64,000 bases of DNA, from contig OX597830.1 of assembly GCA_951406725.2 (NCBI GenBank), positions 62,434,001 to 62,498,000 on the forward strand. The letters are read 5' to 3'. How positions within the stretch are numbered: the stretch's first letter is position 1; every line of letters begins with the position of its first letter. The position numbers were made by a program, and so were the translations under genes. The notes beneath the pieces are model-generated. The model saw nothing but the letters and a program-made list of their open reading frames with translations, made no database searches and had not been told where the DNA came from. Of this stretch, positions 55,616 to 64,000 are shown one piece after another. This stretch comes from Octopus vulgaris. Taxonomy: Eukaryota.

Positions 55616-55772
55616 TTAGAAGCTGAGGTTGACTTAGCCTTTCATCCTTTTGCAGTCGATAAAATAAGTAACAGTTGAACAATGTGGTCGACGTAATCAG
55701 CTTACCGTTTCCCCCTAATCTGCTGGCCTTGTGCCAAAATTTGAAACCATTATTATTATTATTATTATTATT

Positions 55773-55939
55773 ATATGAAAACTCACAGCTTATTTTGCTG
55801 GGTATGATGGAAAGTGTCAGCTGTCCACAGCCAGCAGACTAAGGTGGCACTTGTTTATTCAAGAACCCTGCAAAGAATTCTTGCAGTTCCAAGCAATGCT
55901 GATTTTTGTAGGTGTTCTACACTCATACTTGCACCGATC

Positions 55940-55942
<3 letters not shown>
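55773..55942 (-). mobile_element. R4/Dong-type 3' end within (TAA)n
   Basis: KIGASMSVEHLQKSALLGTARILCRVLE* plus UTR; (TTA)n on both sides. Confidence 0.8.
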
Positions 55943-55993
<51 letters not shown>

Positions 55994-56072
55994 CTCCATT
56001 TATAAACCTTATTACTATTGCTGTTGTTATTATCTTCATTTATAAACTATATCAATTTTCTCTTTTGACCAG

Positions 56073-56138
56073 ACTGACATTATAGACGTTTGTCCTGACC
56101 CATTAACATTGGCGCAACAACTGACTAACATTGAATTG
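56073..56138 (+). CDS. RASGEF1B: RASGEF1-family exon G (CDC25 domain start): TDIIDVCPDPLTLAQQLTNIEL
   Basis: Acceptor ttttgaccag, donor gtaagt, 66 nt, phase 0/0. RasGEF motif DP..LAQQLT.IEL. Confidence 0.95.
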
Positions 56139-57163
56139 GTAAGTATTTTTTTTTTCCAGCATACACATAAATATTGACATAAATACTGGCACTTTCTTTG
56201 TGTCTGAAGATCATGCAAAAGAGTTGAACACCCTCAAGTGGCTCTGTAAACCGATCCTTGATGCTGCAGTACTTTTCTTCCTGCCTGCACTTAGTAGTTT
56301 TAAAAGTGGGAGTCAGTCTGTGCAATCCGATACCACACTTAAGACTTTAGAGCTCTGAACACAGTGGCTCAGCAAGCTAAGACAGCTGTGGAAAGCAGCA
56401 AGCTGCAGGCTTTACATTCAAGTGGTCTTCTCTTAGTTGAATTGGTGTTCAGGGTTGGAGAACTCCACCTAGCCTAGAGATGCAGGAAGAGTGTCAAAGA
56501 GGGCACCTGACCACTTGAAGGACTCCACTCCTTTATTTGCCGTTGAGGTTGTCTCTTATTTCTTTTTTCAAGGCAGTCACGAGGCAGTGAGGGTTTGTAG
56601 TGGAGTTTCTTCTATAACACGACACCACTCCTGGATGCAGTCATACCCAAGACTTACCAATATAAATATTGCAGAAACATCACACCAACATGTTTTATTA
56701 AGTATTAAAATACTAATCTCACAAGGGCACATAACTCTATTTAACTCAGTATGCTGGGTTGACAATGGGTATGACAATTTTTCCTCTTTTAGTAAGATTA
56801 ATCCTTTTGATACCAAAACCCCTAATACAGGATTCTAGTTATATGAAACAAAACAAAATCTACAAGGTTTAAAGTGTTTGTCATTCATTTGTTTATTCAA
56901 TTTACATCTGTTTTTCCATGCTAGCATGGGGCAGATGGAGACTTATTGCAAGGTAGTATTTTACAGCCTGATGTCATTTTTGTCAGCAATTAACAGAAAA
57001 TTTTGATGGAAGGTTTTAATTTAATTCTCGTAGATCAAGAGGCAGTTCTGAATGGGTCGGTATCAAAAGGTTTAACAGGAAGTTAAGGGTTAGAGACAAA
57101 AATTAAACTTTTATTTTTTGTGTGAATTCATTTTACCAATTTTTAAATCTCTGTAATTTTCAG

Positions 57164-57229
57164 GATCGTTTTTCCCATATTGGAGCTGAAGAGTTTGTTT
57201 GTGCATGTGTTAAAGATAGTATCAATGGT
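57164..57229 (+). CDS. RASGEF1B: RASGEF1-family exon H: DRFSHIGAEEFVCACVKDSING
   Basis: Acceptor aattttcag, donor gtaagt, 66 nt, phase 0/0. Matches ERL..IGPEEFV.A. Confidence 0.92.
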
Positions 57230-58588
57230 GTAAGTATTATTTTGCTAGTTTATTCATCATTTCACAATAATTGTCTTAATTTATTGATCTGCAGATGTTG
57301 GGAGAATCTTCTGGTAAATTTCCTTTCACACTCCTTCATCTCCTAAACATAAAGCCACCTTCCTCAAGGTTCCAAGCCTTGCAAGCTGCACGGTAACCTC
57401 ACTAGTACAGGTGACACAATAAAAAAGCACTTCGTACACTCTGTAAAGTGGTTGGCATTAGGAAGGACATCCAGCCATAGAAACCATACCAAAGTAGACA
57501 GTGGAGCAGGTCCAAGGACCTTTCAAACTCTCCAATCCATGTCAAAATGGAACAAATACATTAAATGATAATGATGATCAAAGAAGTAATGCCAATATAA
57601 TTCTTGGTGTTGTTGGTTCAGACTTTAATAAAGAGCTTTCAAAATACAGTTACCATTAAGGAGACAATTACGTAAGGTGATGCTGTTACAAGTAGAAGAA
57701 ACTAGAATAATGTTCTTTCCATTGTTATTTAAAAGGTTTCTGAAATTAAAGTGGTTATTGAACCTAGCAAAACTTAAAACTAGAATAGCTTTCCTTAATT
57801 GCATTTCTGTTAAAGAACTTATGACATCAATGATAGATCAGAAAATGAAAATAGATTAAGTTGAAGTGTACAGACATAACAATATTTATTTCTACTTATA
57901 ATCTGGAAAGAACATTTGTTGTAAGCTTCTCCAAATGTATTTAACTTTTAAACCAAACAAGATCTGTGGTGTTTAAATTTCAGTAGTTGATCTTCGGTTA
58001 TGTACATAAATTTTTATTTTATTCTACACTATGAACACTAAATTTATTTTAAGATGGCAATGGAATGGATAAATGCCCTGAGTTGAAGATCTCTGCAGAC
58101 AAGCTCTAAAAGTCTTACTTTGTAAGACAAGAATACAGGATTCTCTCAACCTGACATGGTGTCTACTTGTTTGCCTATCATTTTACAAAGTGTACTGGAT
58201 GTGTCTTTTCATAGCACAGGCACTAGAGAGGTCGTCATGTCTGTGAAAAGATTACAAATTCCCCTCACCTCTAGTTGACTCCAATTCATTGCTAAACACT
58301 TTGCAGAATGTATACTGTATGCATTTTGTCATGGCACCATCACTTGAGAGGCCGTCATGTCTTCAACATAGTTACAGAATCTTCTAAACATCTAAATCAA
58401 GTTGGTCACTAACCACTTTACAGAGTGTGCTTGTTGGTGTTTGTCCTAGCTCCAACATAAAATCTTGCTCTATTCATACAATATACACATGCATGTATGT
58501 ATGTTCACACAGACAGTGTTCTATTATGACATCTATATTTTTGTTAACTCAACTATTTTACAAAGCTTTGTTTTTGCTTATTTCACAG

Positions 58589-58681
58589 AACTGTACTGGC
58601 ACCAGCCCCACTTCCCATCTGGAAACCTACATACAATGGTTCAATCGACTGAGCTATTTTGTGGCCACAGAAATTTGTTCG
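58589..58681 (+). CDS. RASGEF1B: RASGEF1-family exon I: NCTGTSPTSHLETYIQWFNRLSYFVATEICS (gene presumably continues past the window)
   Basis: Acceptor tatttcacag, donor gtaagt, 93 nt, phase 0/0. Diagnostic LE.Y..WFNRLSY.VATEIC. Confidence 0.95.
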
Positions 58682-59004
58682 GTAAGTCTCTCATCTGCCT
58701 TCTTCTGAATCTTGTTCATGTTTCACCAGAACTCGGCTTTGAAACTTAGATTTTAACTAGTACACAAATTAACCATATACACGCACACACACACAGAGTG
58801 CAGCCTGTGGAATGGTTAGTGTTAGGAAACACAGACAGCAAAGCATGGTGCAATCTTCTGCTGAGCCAGCTACTGTCAAACTGTCCAACCCATACCAGCA
58901 TGGAAAGCAGACATTAAATGATGATGACGACATATATATATATATATTTTTACATATATGTATATATATATATATGTGTGTGTGTATGTATATATGTGCG
59001 TGTG

Positions 59005-59050
<46 letters not shown>

Positions 59051-59388
59051 TCCCCCCACCATTGCTTGACAACTGATACCGGTGTGTTTACGTCCCCGTA
59101 ACTTAGCGGTTCGACAAAAGAGACCTATAGAATAAGTACTAGGCTTATAAAAATATGTCCTGGGGACACTTTGCTCGACTAAAAAGGCAATGCTTCAGCA
59201 TGGCCGCAGTCAGATGACTGAAACAAGTAAAAGAGTAAATGCTATCTATTTATCTATATATATATATATGTGACCAATCTAAGATATAAACTACAGTGTT
59301 GAATTTAGATCTACCTGTTTTAACGTGACTGTTTATACAGCCACACCCTATCATGAGTTTATTACACCTGTGCAGAGTGCTGCTCTAT

Positions 59389-59477
59389 AGGAATGGTACA
59401 GCGTTGGTCTGCAGGAATGGTACAGCGTTGGTCTCCAGGAATGGTACAGTGTTGGTCTGCAGGAATGGTACAGCGTT
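59389..59477. repeat. 24-bp minisatellite x3.7 (aggaatggtacagcgttggtctgc)
   Basis: Near-perfect direct repeats with no spacers. Confidence 0.95.
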
Positions 59478-59739
59478 CATCTAAATAAATGCTGTGTAGT
59501 ATTTAGTTACATCCCTGTGTATTCTTAGCTTAAATTTCGTAATGGTGTGTTGAGGGAATCAGTAAGATAGATAGATGTCTGAGAAACAATTTCTTTATAA
59601 TTTTGATTGTAATTAAAATTGTCTAAATTCTTCAATTATTTTAATCTTTGATTAATATTTCAAGAGTTAATTAAAATGAAATTGATACTGTATTAACATA
59701 GATACCCCTTCTCTGCATCTCTATCTATCTATCTATCTA

Positions 59740-59814
<75 letters not shown>

Positions 59815-60579
59815 GCCTTCATCTCTTTCTCTTTCTATCTGTCTATCTATTTATATCTGTCTATATCTCTATTACTCTATCTTTCTCCGTATTTCTTTCT
59901 CTCTCTCTCTGTATATCTGTCTGTCTGTCTCTCTCTATCTCTCTATCTATCTATCTATCTTTCTATCTATCTTGCTTTATATATTCATATCTGTCTCTAT
60001 CTCTATCTTTCTCTCTTTCTCTCCCACTCTCTCTATCTGTCTCTCTCTATCTATCTCTATCTCTCCCTCTCTACCCCCTTTCTCTCTCACCCTATCAATC
60101 ATTTAGTCAGCTCCATGAACGTGATCTTATCACTTCTGACGTGGATACTGATCCACAATTGACGTCAGCGAAGGCAGAAACAGACTCAGTTTTGTGGCTG
60201 ATTGCTGTCATAGATTAGGGTACAGTGCAAACACACGCACGCACACATACACACACGCCTATATATATACATATATATATGCACATGTATACATACAAAG
60301 CCTCTATATGTATGACCATATAAAGATATACACCCAGATACGGATGTATATTATATACACATTTTGTTTTGTATGCTTAGATATAAAATATGCACATACA
60401 CATACACACACACACACGCACATATACATCCATCCATCCATACATATGTACATACATACACATACATGTGGCCATACTCATGAATACACATGAGCTCAAA
60501 CATCACACACACCTTCCTGCACATGTGACTACATACATGCATACATACATACATACATACATATATATGTATGTATATG

Positions 60580-60795
60580 TAAAAAAATACAAACTGGGAC
60601 AAGAACGCAAAACATTTAGAAGATGATACGAAAAACACGGACGGGTCATTCGAAGCCTCTAATCTTCAGTCAAGAACCAGATCATCCTCGCAATTTCGGC
60701 TGATTAATCTTGAGATTGCTCCGATCTGGCCAGCCCCAAAGGAAAATCTAAGCCGAGCGCATTAGATTCCTTGGAAGAAAGCTTCAAATGTGTAT
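60580..60795 (-). repeat. Interspersed repeat; a shorter + strand copy lies at 29866-30005
   Basis: aagattaatcagccgaaatt...ggttcttgactgaaga...gcgttcttgtc.cagtttgtatttttttac shared by both; both adjoin TA-rich microsatellites. Confidence 0.7.
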
Positions 60796-61790
60796 ACAAA
60801 ACAATACATCTACACATATAACTACTCATCAGGTGTCACACATGCATATCCACTTGTGACCTTACATACACGCAAACATACCCACTTACATGACTATACA
60901 CATGCACACACACACCCCTTCCTATCGTATATATGCATCCACACACACACATACACATGCCCACATATGTAACTCCACCACACACACATACACAATCATC
61001 CAGTATTCTCTACTGAAATATTAATTAAGCTAGTTACTATTTTAATTAACTAACCAGCACTCCATAAGTTATGACAATTGTCCTGGTTGATCTGATTGAT
61101 GGAACAGCCTGCTCGTGAAATTAACGTGCAAGTGGCTGAGTACTCCACAGACACACGTAACCTTAATGTAGTTCTTAGGGAGATTCAGCATGGAACCAAA
61201 TATGACAAGGCTGGCCTCTTTGTAATTACTTATTTCTTTACTACCCACAAGGGGCTAAACACAGAGGGGACAAACAAGGACAGACAAACGGATTAAGTCA
61301 ATTATATTGACCCCAGTGAGTAACTGGTACTTATTTAATCGACTCCAAAAGGATGAAAGGCAAAGTCGACCTCGGCGGAATTTGAACTTAGAATGTAGCG
61401 GCAGACGAAATACCGCTAAGCATTTTGCCCGGCGTGCTAACGTTTGTGCCAGCTCGCCGCCTTTGTAATTACTGGTACAGCTCACTTTTGCCAGCTGAGT
61501 AGACTGAAGCAACATGAAATGGACACAGTGTGTCGCTGGGAATTGAACTCACGACCTTACGATCATAAGGCAAATGCCCCAACCACTAAGCCACGTTCTG
61601 TCTTAATTACTATTCGTAATTACAACCTAATCTTTATATTTCTCCAGCCAACCTTCAGTTCATGTCTTTTGCAAGGCATTACACTGTCGTTTCTGTTTGC
61701 TGTGTCTTTAGATTAAGGCTGTGTGTGTGTGTGTGTGTACATACAAGCATGTGTGTGTGTGTGTACGTGTGTGTGTACGTGTTTTGTGAA

Positions 61791-61827
<37 letters not shown>

Positions 61828-61992
61828 TTATCAGTGTGTTTGTGTCTATTTGTGTTTTTGTGGCTGAGTGTGCAGTTATGTTCGAGTTTGTGTTAATGTG
61901 TGTATATATGTCTGTGTGTGTGTTTGTGTGTGTTTGTGTATATGTATGTGCATGCATGTGTTTGTGTGTTTATGTTTATTGATGTGTCTGTT

Positions 61993-62028
<36 letters not shown>

Positions 62029-62326
62029 AACAAAATATTCTGTTTGCATATTGATGTCTTTTATTAGTTTATTGAAAGTGGCTTTCATAATCTCACACAC
62101 ACATACACACAGACATTCACTCACATATAATCATACATGCAATTAAACACATACATACAATTACACACGCATATATTCAACCACAAGCACACAATTATAC
62201 ACGTACATACACAAACACATACACACACACACACAAATACACACACACACACAAATACACACACACACACAAAAACACACACACACACAAATACACACAC
62301 ACACACAAATACACACACACACACAA

Positions 62327-62383
<57 letters not shown>

Positions 62384-62564
62384 CAAGTAATCCCACATAT
62401 ACAATCAGACATGCTTACACATACCCACAATTCACACACACACACACAGTCACACACATACACAAACCCATGATCACATGGACATACACAATCACACATA
62501 AAGCACGCACACATACAGACCCATAATTACACCCACATGCAATCATACAAACACCTACTCACAC

Positions 62565-62629
<65 letters not shown>

Positions 62630-64000
62630 CTTTGATAACAAATAACCTCATTATTTTCATGAGTTTCTGGTATTCCCTAACTTTTTTAGGAACCACCATT
62701 TTATCTCATTTAACCTCAACGTCTGGAAGTTGCGGTCGTTACCATCAGCTGACACTCTACCATATTCTGTTTATCATTAATTAATTGAGCAGCCAACACT
62801 CACAGTCCATGTTTGTCGTTATTTCTATAACTAACGCATGCAGTTATTTTATTTGTCCTCATTATTTCAAGAAATTAAGGCAATCAGCTGACGGAATCAT
62901 TAACTCGTCAGGCAAATTGCTTGGCAGCAGTTCTTCTGGCTTTACGTTCTGAGTTCAAATGCTGCCAAGGTTGACTTTGTCTTTCATATTTTCTGGGATC
63001 GTTGAGCGCTGGTGAGGTTGATGGAACTGATTAGCCCCTTCCCTCAAAATTTCAGGCTTTGTGCTTAAAGTAGAGAAGGATTATCTCAAGAAATCCTCTA
63101 GAAATACAAATCACATTTTGAAAGTCCTCTGTTTCCTCTGTCAAAGGTCTTCTTTTATTTATTTTGCTTGTTTCTGTTGTTGGATTCTTGCCATGCTCGA
63201 GCACCACCTTGAAGGGTTTTAGTCCAACAAATTGACCCCAGGACTTATTTTTTTTAAGTATAGTATATATTTTATAAGTCTCTTTTGCTAAATTACTAAG
63301 TCATGGGGGTCTTGTACAAACCAACATGGTTGTGAAATAATGGTGGACACACACACACACACACACACACATAATGGGCTTTCATACAGTTTCCATCTTC
63401 CAAATTCAGTCACAAAGCATTGGTCAGCCTGAGGCTAGAGTAGAAGACATTTGCCCAAGGTCCACACAGTGAGATTGAACCCAAAACCACATTGTTGGAA
63501 AATGAGTTTCTTAACCACACGGCCATGGTGGCTACACCTCAAGTCTATTTTTAAATTATAAATTTCTGACATAAACACAAGACCAAAAATTTGTTGGAAG
63601 GGGTCAGTTGATTGTATCATCCCCAGTTCTTGACTGGTTGTTTAGTTTACCAGACCCAGAAAGATGAAAGGTAAATTTGGCTTCAGCTGAGATTGAACTC
63701 AGAATGTAAAGATTTGTAACAAATACTGCAAGACATCTCATCTGACACTCTGGTGCTTCTGGCAATCGCCTACCTCAATTTATTTCAAACTAATAACAAC
63801 ATTAACACACATTTCCTCTCATTTATTTCTATGGATTATTTTTTTTATTTTCATATTTGTTTGTTAAACTTTTTTTTTTGTTACCATATTTCTGTTGAAA
63901 TGGTATGAGATCTTGCTGAGGTCATCTTCATCTTTCATTCTTTTGACATCAATAACTTTAAGTCCCGGTCAAGTTGTGGTAGGGTCGATGTAATCAGCTG

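Noticed and set aside
534-62526. Dozens of ORFs rich in YI/CV/HT/LS or homopolymer runs (e.g. 35815-36970, 20134-20997, 53041-53792)
   Set aside because: They are translations of (TA)n, (TG)n, (CT)n and trinucleotide repeats that lack stops by composition.
62680-62780. Next RASGEF1 exon after ttttttag
   Set aside because: The phase-0 frame stops after 7 codons and shows no KKK.RA..IEYFI-like motif.

Overview
Eukaryotic, AT-rich, microsatellite- and SINE-saturated genomic DNA. The repeat landscape looks like an octopus (coleoid cephalopod) genome; this is inferred from the repeat families, not proven. Nearly all ORFs in the supplied track are microsatellite or repeat artefacts. The real coding content is one spliced + strand gene: nine small GT-AG exons (15900-58681, 711 nt, 237 codons, one open frame) encoding the REM domain and start of the CDC25 domain of a RASGEF1-family Ras/Rap GEF. 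I could not find the start-codon exon, and the 3' exons probably lie beyond the window. The introns and flanks hold tRNA-derived SINEs, RTE and R4/Dong LINE 3' ends, mariner/hAT/piggyBac/pogo-type MITEs, Helentron-associated elements and Penelope-like relics. Most notable: (i) a ~600 bp intronic palindrome of two Penelope-like pseudo-LTRs, each with a hammerhead-ribozyme core; (ii) an inverted repeat pair bracketing an in-frame 309-nt four-exon block (circRNA candidate); (iii) several R4/Dong ends and a non-coding element sitting in (TAA)n; (iv) a 63-nt near-perfect hairpin. Exon coordinates were counted base by base; repeat boundaries are approximate, and family and homology assignments come from recalled motifs, not database searches.
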